DNA of 64,000 bases from Candidatus Poribacteria bacterium (GTDB taxonomy: Bacteria; Poribacteria; WGA-4E; WGA-3G): assembly GCA_965197475.1 (NCBI GenBank), contig CBDANF010000003.1:1792001-1856000 (forward strand). Direction: 5' to 3'. Under the pieces are notes generated by a model that did no database searches, was not told the DNA's origin, and saw only the letters and a list, made by a program, of their open reading frames with translations. Positions 11,323 to 20,668 of this stretch are shown here, one piece after another. A program made the position numbers and the translations under genes. Position 1 is the stretch's first letter; every line of letters starts with the position of its first letter.

Positions 11323-12483
11323 ATGAACTCTGAAGAATCAGCAAAAATCCTTGTTGTTGATGATGAACCTCGCAACGTCAAAATCCTTCAAATCCACCTT
11401 GAGGCGCGTGGTTACACCGTCCTCACTGCTGGCGATGGGGCAGAAGCGTTAGAGATTGTAACGAACGAACCGCCCGATCTTATCTTATTAGATATTAACA
11501 TGCCGAGATTGGACGGGTTTCAAGTCGTAGCAAGGGTTCGATCAGATAAGACGACAGAATTTATCCCTATCATCATGATAACCGCTCTGCGCGATACAGA
11601 AGAAAACCGAATTAAGGCGGTTGAGGCTGGGGCTGACGACTTTATAGAAAAACCTTTCAATAGTTTTGAAGTCTTGGCTCGGATTAGATCCCTCTTACGT
11701 ATTAAGCATTATCACGACACACTTGAGCAACACAATGCGCGCTTAGAGGCAGAGCTTCAAATGGCTCGAACCGTTCAAGAAATAATGATTCCCCAGAACG
11801 GTTCGCAAGATTTAGCAGGATTTCGTATAGCCTCACACTATTGTCCTGCGCTTGCAGTCGGTGGGGATTTTTTTGATTTATGGGAAATTGATGAAAATCG
11901 GGTAGGGGTACTAATTTCTGATGTGATGGGACATGGCGCGTCAGCTGCGCTCGTCACAGTCTTTATCAAAACAGTTTTAGCGGAACATCGGGAACAAATA
12001 GAGGATAATCCCGCTCGGCTATTGCACATCCTCAACACGCGGTTCAACGATATAATTAGTTCACGCTTATTTATGTTTGCAACTGCATTCTGCGGTGTTT
12101 TCGACCTGAAAAAAGAACAACTTGTCTGCGCCAACGCAGGACACCCATTACCTTTCTTGCAGCACACACCTCAGTCTAACTGCGAACTCATTACCGATAA
12201 ACATACCGGAAATGGTTTGGGCATTCACCGAGAATCCGTTTACGAAAATTGCTATTATTCATTTAGTGCGTCAAGCAGAGTTTTTCTTTATACCGATGGT
12301 GTTTACGAAGCCAAAAATCCGCAAGGTGAAGAATTTACTGCAGAACAACTACAAATTGTAGTAACGATGTGTGATGCTGAATCGCCAGTCCATCTTATCC
12401 AGCATGTTTCTAATACCATCACCGAATTTACGGATGCTCGTCCGAACGAGGATGACTTAACGCTTATTGCTATTCAGGGTTAA
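11323..12483 (+). CDS. REC + PP2C/SpoIIE phosphatase (RsbU/RsbY-like)
   Basis: REC domain followed by VGGDFFD, SDVMGHG, YTDGVYEA, DDLT. Confidence 0.92.
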   Translation: MNSEESAKILVVDDEPRNVKILQIHLEARGYTVLTAGDGAEALEIVTNEPPDLILLDINMPRLDGFQVVARVRSDKTTEFIPIIMITALRDTEENRIKAVEAGADDFIEKPFNSFEVLARIRSLLRIKHYHDTLEQHNARLEAELQMARTVQEIMIPQNGSQDLAGFRIASHYCPALAVGGDFFDLWEIDENRVGVLISDVMGHGASAALVTVFIKTVLAEHREQIEDNPARLLHILNTRFNDIISSRLFMFATAFCGVFDLKKEQLVCANAGHPLPFLQHTPQSNCELITDKHTGNGLGIHRESVYENCYYSFSASSRVFLYTDGVYEAKNPQGEEFTAEQLQIVVTMCDAESPVHLIQHVSNTITEFTDARPNEDDLTLIAIQG

Positions 12484-12926
12484 CTTTCGTCTGTCTGAAC
12501 CTCTCGATAGAAAATAGCCGTTACATCTGTCCCGCCAACTGAATTTGATTGTAGTTTGTGAACATCCGTGAGACATTTTATTAGATACAAACCGTGCCCG
12601 CTTTCACCTGCGGGTGAACGTTTTTTCTGAATCTCTGTTAATCTCTCAGGTGTTAACCAATCATGCATATCATCTCTGCCTGTATCTCTGACGACAATTT
12701 CAAGCGCATGCGTATCCACAGAAATTGTTAATTGTATTCCGGACGATACACATGTGGATCCATGATAGACAGCGTTGCTACAGATTTCGTCAAGGACAAG
12801 TTGAATATCTGCTATGCGTTTCTTAGAAAACCTCAGTGTTTCAGACAATTTTCCGATAAATGCACGTACCGATTCAAGGTAATACACATCACTCGGCACT
12901 TTCAACTCAATATAGGCTTTTTCCAT
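12480..12926 (-). CDS. RsbW-like anti-sigma factor Ser kinase
   Basis: EICSNAVYHG, VRDTG, GHGLYLI. Confidence 0.88.
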   Translation of the reverse strand: MEKAYIELKVPSDVYYLESVRAFIGKLSETLRFSKKRIADIQLVLDEICSNAVYHGSTCVSSGIQLTISVDTHALEIVVRDTGRDDMHDWLTPERLTEIQKKRSPAGESGHGLYLIKCLTDVHKLQSNSVGGTDVTAIFYREVQTDES

Positions 12927-12957
12927 AGACTAACACCAATTTTTAGTTAGACATTGA

Positions 12958-13311
12958 TTAAAAAGCCGCAATAGCACTCTTCTCAGATTCATAAATTTCA
13001 ACAACGCTGGATGCCCCAATGAGATTAAAAGTTCGGGTGAGGGTTGAGGCTAAGTTGCAAAGTTTAAGGTCGCCACCGTTTTGGCGAAGTCGTTTTGCGA
13101 TGCCTACTAACGTTCCTACCGCTGTACTGTTGATGTGACTAACTTCACTAAAATTCACTACAACCTTATCTACCTTTTCCATCAGAAGGTCCTCCAGAAC
13201 CTTCCGCAAATCCGAGGCGGCGTAGTTGCTTAAGTCAGTCTTTACATCAATGATTTTGATATCCCCATTCTCCCGAAGAGTCATAAATTCGGTCCCGGTC
13301 ATAAAAATCAC
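12958..13311 (-). CDS. STAS anti-sigma factor antagonist
   Basis: VSHINSTAVGTLV, GGDLKL. Confidence 0.88.
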   Translation of the reverse strand: MIFMTGTEFMTLRENGDIKIIDVKTDLSNYAASDLRKVLEDLLMEKVDKVVVNFSEVSHINSTAVGTLVGIAKRLRQNGGDLKLCNLASTLTRTFNLIGASSVVEIYESEKSAIAAF

Positions 13312-13442
13312 CTTCCGTAGTTAAAATCCATATCTATATTTTAATCTAGATTCATTAAAAAATCAAGCCTTTTTTGAATCTATTATTCTATCAATTTAAA
13401 ATCTCAGCACCTCAGCTTTTAATCAAAAGTGAAAGATTATTG

Positions 13443-13471
13443 TTGCATTTCTATGCACATTGTGATATACT
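13443..13471 (+). promoter_or_regulatory. Sigma70-type promoter of rpsA
   Basis: TTGCAT-17 bp-TATACT. Confidence 0.6.
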
Positions 13472-13570
13472 ATTAAGTAACCGATTTGAAAGTGCCAGAT
13501 GCACTTCGCAACAAGGAGGAACTGGCGGACTTAACGCTGTTTTGCGTTTTTAGGAGACCCAGGTATCTTA

Positions 13571-16330
13571 ATGAATAACGATCAGACCCACACAGATGAA
13601 TCCACCGTTGACGTGGAAGAAGAAAAACAACCAGTTGAAGATTCAACTGAAGTCGTGTCCGATGAAGCAAATGAACAGGGAACATTGACACCGACAGATC
13701 AAGTTTCCGTAAATGAAGCTGAAGTTGAGATCGATGAGACTGAAGCAGCTGCTGATGATGGTGAGGCAGAGCAACAGGATCCCACAGATGATGAAACCAC
13801 GCAGACTAATTCAATAGATGACACTGCCGAGGTGACTGAGTCTGCAGAAAACACACCAACTGTTGAGGCTCAAAGCGACACACCGGAGACCGAATCTGAA
13901 GAATCTGCTAAAATTATTGAGGCCGAGAGTGATACATCAGAAGCCGAACCTGCAGAAGACACTCCGACTGCCGAAACCGAGAGCGACACATCAGAAGCCG
14001 AGCCTGCAGGAGACACTCTGACTGCTGAAGCCGAAAGTGACGCACCCGAAGTTGAGTCTGAAGCAGGGACACCGACTGCCGAAACCGAGAGCGACACATT
14101 AGAAGTCGAGCCTGCAGGAGACACTCTGACTGCCGAAGCCGAAAGTGACACATCAGAGGAACAAGATGCCGCAATGAGTCAGGAATCTCTTGAGGAGGCG
14201 TATGATAATTCACTCAAAGCGTTTACTGATGGCGAGATTGTCAAAGGGAGCGTAGTAGATATAAGTCGTGATGAAGTGATGATTGACATCGGCTTTAAAT
14301 CGGAAGGTTATATTCCGGCATCTGAGTTTGAATCAGGTGAAAACGATCTGCCCTCGGTCCAAGTAGGTGATGAGATTGATGTGTATATTGTCCGTAGGGA
14401 AGACTCAGAGGGACAAATTGTTCTTTCAAAGAAAATAGCCGACCAGACATTAGTTTGGGACGAAATTGCCACAGCTTATGAGAGCGGTTCACCAGTCGAA
14501 GGTCAGATAACAGAGCGGATTAAAGGTGGACTACGAGTAACTGTAGGTTCTTTGCGCGGATTTTTGCCTGCTTCCCAAGTTGAATTACGTCCTATTCAAA
14601 ATCTTGACCAATACATCGGGGAAACTTTCCAGATGAAGGTCATCAGTATGAGTAAACGTCGGCACAATATCGTTTTGTCCCGCAGGGCGTGGTTGGAAGC
14701 TGAAATGGCCGAGAAAAAAGAGGAAGTCCTGAAAACCCTTGAGATCGGTCAACTCATAACCGGGGTTGTGAAAAACATTACGACTTTTGGTGCATTCGTT
14801 GACCTTGGCGGTGTTGATGGATTACTCCATAAGACAGACATGGCATGGAAGCGCATTCATCATCCCTCCGAAATTGTCTCTATCGGTGACGAAATTGAAG
14901 TCCAAGTTATTGCTATCGGCAGAGAAAGCGATAAAATATCTCTGGGCTTGAAGCAGAAGACAGCCGACCCCTGGGAAAATGTTGAGGAAAAATTTCCTAT
15001 CGGTTCTAAAGTTTCCGGCGCAGTGGTGAATATCGTCAATTACGGTGTCTTTGTCCAAATTGAAGAAGCAGTTGAAGGATTAATCCATGTTTCAGAGATG
15101 GCATGGACTCGTCGTAACGTCGCGCCATCTCGTATTGTTAGCAAGGGTGATGAAATTGAGGCAATCGTCCTTGAAATTTCTAAGGAGGATAAACGGATTT
15201 CCTTAGGAATTAAACAATTACAACAAAACCCGTGGGAACTCTTAGAACAGAAGTACCCTGTCGGAACCAAGATTATGGGACGCATCCGAAACCTTACAAA
15301 CTTTGGCGCATTTGTTGAGATTGAGGAAGGTATTGACGGATTAATTCATACCTCTGACCTTTCATGGACGGATCGTGGCTCTAACCCACAGGAGGTATTG
15401 AAGGAAGGTGAAGAGGTTGAGGTAGTCGTCTTACAAATTGACGCTTCGGAAAGGCGTGTTTCATTAGGACTTAAGCAGACTCAACCCGATCCTTGGGATG
15501 AAGTCCCCGAAAAATATAAGGTTGGTTCTGTCGTACGCGGGAAGATTGTCAATTTGACCAGTTTTGGAGCTTTCACAAAACTTGAAGAAGGTATTGATGG
15601 ACTAATTCATATTTCTGAAATCGCTGACCGACGAATTGAAAGACCTGAAGAGGTTGTTTCTGTGGGAGATGAATTAGATGTGAAAGTCATCAATCTTGAT
15701 CCGAAAGGCAGGCGTATCGGCTTGAGTTTGAAAGCAGCGATAGCAGACCAAGAACGGGCATCAATGCCACAAGAACAACAACAAGAACGGCAAGAACGAC
15801 CCCGCCGTGAACGTTCTTCCGCACCGAGACGCGAACCCAGACGCTCCAAACCCGTTGAGGAAGAGGAAACCATGATGGGTGCTCTGCTCAAACAGGAAAT
15901 GGGAAAAAATAACGTTGAAAATCTAATAAGTTCTCAGGAGGTTGAAACCCCCGAGGACTCTCAGGAAACTAATAGTCCTGAGAACGCTCAAGAGGTTGAA
16001 CCCTCAGAGGACACTCAAGAGGTTGAAACCCCTGAGGACACTCAAGAGGTTGAACCCTCAGAGGACACTCAAGAGGTTGAACCCTCAGAGGACACTCAAG
16101 AGGTTGAAACCCCTGAGGACACTCAAGAGGTTGAACCCTCAGAGGACACTCAAGAGGTTGAAACCCCTGAGGACGCTCAAGAGGTTGAAACCCCCGAGGA
16201 CTCTCAGGAAACTGATAGTCCTGAGAACGCTCAAGAACCTGAAACCTCAGAGGACTCTCAGGAAACTGATAGTTCTGAGAACCCCGAAGACTCTAAGGAA
16301 CCTGATAATTCTGAGAACCCTGAGAATTAG
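13571..16330 (+). CDS. rpsA: 30S ribosomal protein S1 with long acidic N- and C-terminal extensions
   Basis: Six S1 domains (IDIGFKSEG, FLPASQV, FGAFVDLGGVDGLLH, GLIHVSE and others). Confidence 0.95.
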   Translation: MNNDQTHTDESTVDVEEEKQPVEDSTEVVSDEANEQGTLTPTDQVSVNEAEVEIDETEAAADDGEAEQQDPTDDETTQTNSIDDTAEVTESAENTPTVEAQSDTPETESEESAKIIEAESDTSEAEPAEDTPTAETESDTSEAEPAGDTLTAEAESDAPEVESEAGTPTAETESDTLEVEPAGDTLTAEAESDTSEEQDAAMSQESLEEAYDNSLKAFTDGEIVKGSVVDISRDEVMIDIGFKSEGYIPASEFESGENDLPSVQVGDEIDVYIVRREDSEGQIVLSKKIADQTLVWDEIATAYESGSPVEGQITERIKGGLRVTVGSLRGFLPASQVELRPIQNLDQYIGETFQMKVISMSKRRHNIVLSRRAWLEAEMAEKKEEVLKTLEIGQLITGVVKNITTFGAFVDLGGVDGLLHKTDMAWKRIHHPSEIVSIGDEIEVQVIAIGRESDKISLGLKQKTADPWENVEEKFPIGSKVSGAVVNIVNYGVFVQIEEAVEGLIHVSEMAWTRRNVAPSRIVSKGDEIEAIVLEISKEDKRISLGIKQLQQNPWELLEQKYPVGTKIMGRIRNLTNFGAFVEIEEGIDGLIHTSDLSWTDRGSNPQEVLKEGEEVEVVVLQIDASERRVSLGLKQTQPDPWDEVPEKYKVGSVVRGKIVNLTSFGAFTKLEEGIDGLIHISEIADRRIERPEEVVSVGDELDVKVINLDPKGRRIGLSLKAAIADQERASMPQEQQQERQERPRRERSSAPRREPRRSKPVEEEETMMGALLKQEMGKNNVENLISSQEVETPEDSQETNSPENAQEVEPSEDTQEVETPEDTQEVEPSEDTQEVEPSEDTQEVETPEDTQEVEPSEDTQEVETPEDAQEVETPEDSQETDSPENAQEPETSEDSQETDSSENPEDSKEPDNSENPEN
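13919..14160 (+). repeat. 54-bp (18-aa) coding tandem repeat, about 4.4 units
   Basis: EAESDTSEAEPAEDTPTA / ETESDTSEAEPAGDTLTA / EAESDAPEVESEAGTPTA / ETESDTLEVEPAGDTLTA. Confidence 0.9.
15935..16327 (+). repeat. 27-bp (9-aa) coding tandem repeat, about 14 units
   Basis: QEVETPEDT / QEVEPSEDT / QETDSPENA variants. Confidence 0.95.
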
Positions 16331-16480
16331 TGTTTTTTACGCGTTATCAGAAGGCAATGACTGCCTGAATTTCCTGCAAATGAGCCTCGTAAGTATAGTT
16401 TCCTATTCATAATATTAGGCATTTCTACGTAATATCGGTTCAGATATACACTGAGATGATTCTCTATAACGAGAATTTGG

Positions 16481-16552
16481 ATGCTAAATTTATTTCGCAT
16501 GTGGCACATGGAGCACATGGAGGAAGATATGCTGACAGGAGAACCGAATTGA
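16481..16552 (+). other. Candidate Met-rich upstream ORF overlapping the metK start
   Basis: [23 protein letters not shown]; its TGA overlaps TTG 16549. Confidence 0.35.
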
Positions 16553-17676
16553 GTCGTAATTTTTTGTTCACTTCCGAATCGGTCACAGAAGGACATCCGG
16601 ACAAACTCGCTGACCAAATTTCCGATGCTATTCTTGATGCTATTCTGACAGAAGACCCTCAAGGCAGAGTGGCGTGTGAAACGCTCGTAACGACAGGGCT
16701 TGCCATCATCGCTGGTGAAATTACAACAACTGCCAGTCCTAATCTGCAAGAAGTTGCCCGCGAAGTCATAGCAGACATCGGATATACTGATGCCAGCTAT
16801 GGCTTTGATGCTGAGCACAGCGCAGTATTAATAACTATTGACAAACAGTCACCTGACATTGCAATGGGTGTTAACCCTGGCGGAGCTGGCGACCAAGGCT
16901 TAATGTTCGGTTACGCTTGCACCGAAACATCGGAATTGATGCCTTTGCCGATTACTTTAGCGCACCAATTGACTCGGCGTTTAGCACAAGTTCGCAAAGA
17001 AGGTATTCTTGATTTCATCCGGCCCGATGGAAAATCTCAGGTAACGGTTGAATATGTTGATAATAAACCTACCTGTGTAACGACAATTGTCGTTTCATCA
17101 CAGCATCATCCTGATGTTGTAGATTCCGACCTGAAAGAAGGGATCATTGAAGAGGTTATCAAAAAAGTTATCCCCAAAGACCTTCTGAGTCCAGATATCG
17201 TATATCATATTAATCCAACAGGACGTTTTGTGACAGGGGGTCCTCACGGTGATGCCGGACTAACCGGTAGGAAGATTATCGTGGATACCTATGGTGGAAC
17301 GGGACGGCATGGTGGGGGTGCGCTTTCTGGTAAAGACGCAACAAAAGTTGACAGAAGTGCTGCTTACGCCGCACGCCACGCTGCCAAAAATTTAGTTGCT
17401 GCTGGATTAGCAGAACGTTGCGAAATCCAAATTGCCTATGCAATCGGGTGTAAAGCCCCTGTCTCAGTGATGGTTGATACTTTTGGAACAGGGGATGATG
17501 AAATGGCGGCTAAATTAGTCAACCAGCATTTTGATTTAACCCCGGAAGGCATCATTGACAGATTGAAACTACGTGAGCCGATATATAGAAATACCGCTGC
17601 TTATGGACACTTTGGACGCGCTGAACCGGGGTTCACGTGGGAAAAAACCGATTATGTCGAAAAACTTAAGGTGTAA
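16549..17676 (+). CDS. metK: S-adenosylmethionine synthetase (likely TTG start 16549; alternative ATG 16456)
   Basis: [28 protein letters not shown]; AGGAGA RBS before the TTG. Confidence 0.96.
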   Translation: MSRNFLFTSESVTEGHPDKLADQISDAILDAILTEDPQGRVACETLVTTGLAIIAGEITTTASPNLQEVAREVIADIGYTDASYGFDAEHSAVLITIDKQSPDIAMGVNPGGAGDQGLMFGYACTETSELMPLPITLAHQLTRRLAQVRKEGILDFIRPDGKSQVTVEYVDNKPTCVTTIVVSSQHHPDVVDSDLKEGIIEEVIKKVIPKDLLSPDIVYHINPTGRFVTGGPHGDAGLTGRKIIVDTYGGTGRHGGGALSGKDATKVDRSAAYAARHAAKNLVAAGLAERCEIQIAYAIGCKAPVSVMVDTFGTGDDEMAAKLVNQHFDLTPEGIIDRLKLREPIYRNTAAYGHFGRAEPGFTWEKTDYVEKLKV

Positions 17677-17684
17677 GGAGGACG

Positions 17685-18947
17685 ATGGACTACGATATTA
17701 AAACAACAGACCTTGCAGATGTAGGAAAACAGCGAGTTGACTGGGCAAATCGGTTTATGCCGGTTCTAACATCTATCCGCGAGCGTTTTGCGAAAGAACA
17801 ACCCTTGCAAGGATTAAAAATTGCCGCGTGTTTACATGTCACAACGGAAACAGCAAATCTCATGCAGACTTTGAAGGCGGGTGGTGCCGAATCGGTGTTA
17901 TGTGCGTCTAACCCGCTTAGCACTCAGGATGATGTCGCTGCTTCTCTCGTTGTTAATGATGACATCGCGGTATTTGCTATTAACGGTGAAGATACCGAAA
18001 CTTACTATCAACACATCCATGCTGCGCTCGCAACGCAATCTAATATCACGATGGATGATGGCGCAGATTTGGTGTCACTACTACATTCCGAAGAAACAAA
18101 TCCAGCACTCGTCGAACAGGTCATCGCAGGAACAGAAGAAACAACAACTGGTGTTATCAGACTTAAAAGCATGGCTGCCGAAGGCGTTCTCAAATATCCC
18201 ATTATCGCTGTTAATGATGCGGACACAAAACACTTTTTTGATAATCGATACGGCACAGGGCAAAGCACTTTAGACGGTATCATTCGCGCGACGAACCTAC
18301 TCATCGCAGGAACAACTGTTGTAGTCGCAGGCTACGGTTGGTGTGGTAGAGGCGTCGCAAGTCGTGCCCACGGCTTAGGGGCGAATGTGATTGTCACAGA
18401 GGTGACTGCTTTAAAAGCACTTGAAGCCGTTATGGATGGATTCAGAGTGATGCCAATGCAGAAAGCCGTTCAAGAAGCCGGCCTTGTTATTACACTAACA
18501 GGTGATATTCATGTGCTCCGAAAAGAACATTTCGAGGCGATGAAGGACGGCGCGATTATTGCAAATTCTGGGCATTTTAACGTTGAAATAGACATCCCGG
18601 CACTTGAAGAACTCGCTGTTGATAAAGTAAAAGCACGCGAATTTGTAGAATCTTTCACACTTGCTGATGGACGTACGCTCAATCTCATCGGTGAAGGGCG
18701 GTTAGTTAACTTAGCTGCCGCTGAAGGGCATCCTGCCAGTGTTATGGACATGAGTTTTGCAAATCAGGCGTTATCCGTTGAATTTATTGCGCAAAACCAG
18801 CAAAAACTTGAAAATCGTGTCTATGATGTTCCCAAATCTATTGACGAAGAAGTGGCAAGGCTGAAGTTAGCCGCTTTCGGCGTTGAAATTGACATCCTCA
18901 CGCCTGAACAAGAGAAGTACCTCAACTCATGGGAGATGGGGACATAA
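17685..18947 (+). CDS. ahcY: Adenosylhomocysteinase
   Basis: [45 protein letters not shown]. Confidence 0.96.
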   Translation: MDYDIKTTDLADVGKQRVDWANRFMPVLTSIRERFAKEQPLQGLKIAACLHVTTETANLMQTLKAGGAESVLCASNPLSTQDDVAASLVVNDDIAVFAINGEDTETYYQHIHAALATQSNITMDDGADLVSLLHSEETNPALVEQVIAGTEETTTGVIRLKSMAAEGVLKYPIIAVNDADTKHFFDNRYGTGQSTLDGIIRATNLLIAGTTVVVAGYGWCGRGVASRAHGLGANVIVTEVTALKALEAVMDGFRVMPMQKAVQEAGLVITLTGDIHVLRKEHFEAMKDGAIIANSGHFNVEIDIPALEELAVDKVKAREFVESFTLADGRTLNLIGEGRLVNLAAAEGHPASVMDMSFANQALSVEFIAQNQQKLENRVYDVPKSIDEEVARLKLAAFGVEIDILTPEQEKYLNSWEMGT

Positions 18948-18975
18948 TCTTGGCTTAGACATGCTCTGAAAACCT

Positions 18976-19206
18976 ATGAAAAAGTCAGAAATCTGGGAAG
19001 GGGTTATATTACTTCTTGCAGCGTTGCTCTTGCTACCGATATGGTTAGCACGTTCTGGTAAGGTTCAATTCCCTCCGCTCATTTTCACCATACTTGAATT
19101 TTTACTGTATCCACTCATAATCGTGCTTGGTGTCATTCTGGTGCGTCGCGTGCACCGAATCATCAACGCAATGCGTGAGAACAAAAACCGCCCCGGGACG
19201 TTTTAG
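18976..19206 (+). CDS. Small two-TM membrane protein
   Basis: Two hydrophobic stretches; operonic spacing. Confidence 0.7.
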   Translation: MKKSEIWEGVILLLAALLLLPIWLARSGKVQFPPLIFTILEFLLYPLIIVLGVILVRRVHRIINAMRENKNRPGTF

Positions 19207-19214
19207 TCCGACCG

Positions 19215-20132
19215 ATGGAGAAAATAATGGGAGTGTTAGTTGTCGGGACGGTCACTTTAGATACCGTAGAAACACCACATAAGCAGGTTAAAGATGTGCT
19301 TGGTGGTTCTGGCGTTTATGCTGCTGTTGCCGCAAGTTTTTTTGGAAATCCTGTTCGGCTTGTTGGCGTTGTGGGTGCTGATTTTCCAGAGGAGTACGCA
19401 GACTTCCTGCAATCCCGAGGAATCGACCTTGAAGGATTAACGCGCGTTGAAAACGGCAAGAGTTTTCGGTGGGGCGGCAGATATGCTGATGACTTTAATG
19501 TACGTGATACGCTCTTTACAGAATTGAACGTTGTCGTTGACTTCCATCCCGTTTTACCAGACGCTTACAAGGAAACCCCCTACCTCTTTTTAGCAAATGA
19601 TCCACCACAGTTGCAACTGAGCATTATTGAGCAGACATCAAACCCAAAACTGGTTGTCTGTGATACAATGGATTTTTGGATACATGAGGAACGAGCGGCA
19701 TTAGATAAAACAATAGAACGCGTGGACATCCTTATCCTGAACGATAGTGAAGCAAAATTGTTAACGGGTGAATCTAATCTATTGCGCGCAGCGCGGGCGA
19801 TCCTGCATCATGGACCTAAGCGAGTTATTGTCAAAAAGGGTGAGCACGGAGCAATTAGCATCACGGAATCATCCTTCTTTAGTGCACCTGCATACCCCCT
19901 CACACAAGTAACAGACCCCACAGGTGCAGGTGATAGTTTCGCTGGAGGTTTTATGGGTTATCTGGCATCTGTTGATGATCTGTCAGAGAGTTCAATCCGC
20001 AAAGCGATGATGTTCGGCACTGTTGTCGCCTCATTTAACATTGAAGATTTCAGTATCAATCGACAAAAGTCTGTGCAGTTTGATGAAATTGAGGAACGGT
20101 ATCTGGAACTTCAAGAAATAGTCCGCTTTTGA
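19215..20132 (+). CDS. PfkB-family kinase (possible nucleoside/adenosine kinase)
   Basis: GGSGVY, DPTGAGDSFAGG; follows ahcY. Confidence 0.85.
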   Translation: MEKIMGVLVVGTVTLDTVETPHKQVKDVLGGSGVYAAVAASFFGNPVRLVGVVGADFPEEYADFLQSRGIDLEGLTRVENGKSFRWGGRYADDFNVRDTLFTELNVVVDFHPVLPDAYKETPYLFLANDPPQLQLSIIEQTSNPKLVVCDTMDFWIHEERAALDKTIERVDILILNDSEAKLLTGESNLLRAARAILHHGPKRVIVKKGEHGAISITESSFFSAPAYPLTQVTDPTGAGDSFAGGFMGYLASVDDLSESSIRKAMMFGTVVASFNIEDFSINRQKSVQFDEIEERYLELQEIVRF

Positions 20133-20248
20133 TATTGTTTAGCGTGGTGTTAATTGTCTGAACCAGGATTTTCGGGATTAGGAGATTTTCAGGATTGCAG
20201 AATCTCCTTAATTAACACCTGTCTTTAAAGAATTGGCAAATTCTTTTC

Positions 20249-20613
20249 TTATACTTCATAATCATCCTCCTCTAATACTTCTCGAATGGCTTGGTTGAAT
20301 CTCTCTGGATCCTTGAAATACAACTTGGCATTTTCAACGACCCGCTTTAGCAATGCAAGATCATCTTGCTCAATGTTTTCCACTTTCAGCAGAGACCGAA
20401 TCTTTTCTTCACCGAACACACCATATAACTGACCTACCGCTGCATTTAGGAACGCTGCAGTCAGGGCAGTAACATTGTGAAAGGAAAGTGTAACGTGCTG
20501 ATCCTTTCAAGGGCGACAGCAAGGCGTTCATAAATCTTCTGCCCATCATCGGAGGCTACGCAAAATGGACTACCCACAACTTCAAATAGGGATATTCTAA
20601 TTTTTTCTGACAT
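20249..20613 (-). CDS. STAS-like (DUF4325-type) protein, frameshift at about 20505; missed by the ORF track
   Basis: MSEKIRISLFEVVGSPFCVASDDGQKIYE...VTLSFHNVTALTAAFLNAAVGQLY; 365 nt, one base short in an A run; AGGAG RBS. Confidence 0.75.
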
Positions 20614-20668
20614 GTAGTTATCTCCTAAAAGGTATTTCAGCGTTTAGTCTGGAAGCAGATCTGGATAC

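Noticed and set aside
15935-16327. Possible CRISPR array
   Set aside because: Units are contiguous with no unique spacers, in frame within rpsA; no cas genes.
15942-16412. 156-aa basic repetitive ORF (RTLKRLNPQ)n
   Set aside because: Alternative frame of the rpsA 27-bp repeat; TTG start and no RBS.
16330-16548. SAM riboswitch upstream of metK
   Set aside because: No SAM-I core (AUC..GAG...GCAACC...GUGC) or other SAM motif recognisable by eye; needs an Rfam search.
16327-16818. 163-aa antisense ORF, and similar shadow ORFs throughout the window
   Set aside because: Overlap well-supported genes on the other strand and have no motifs.
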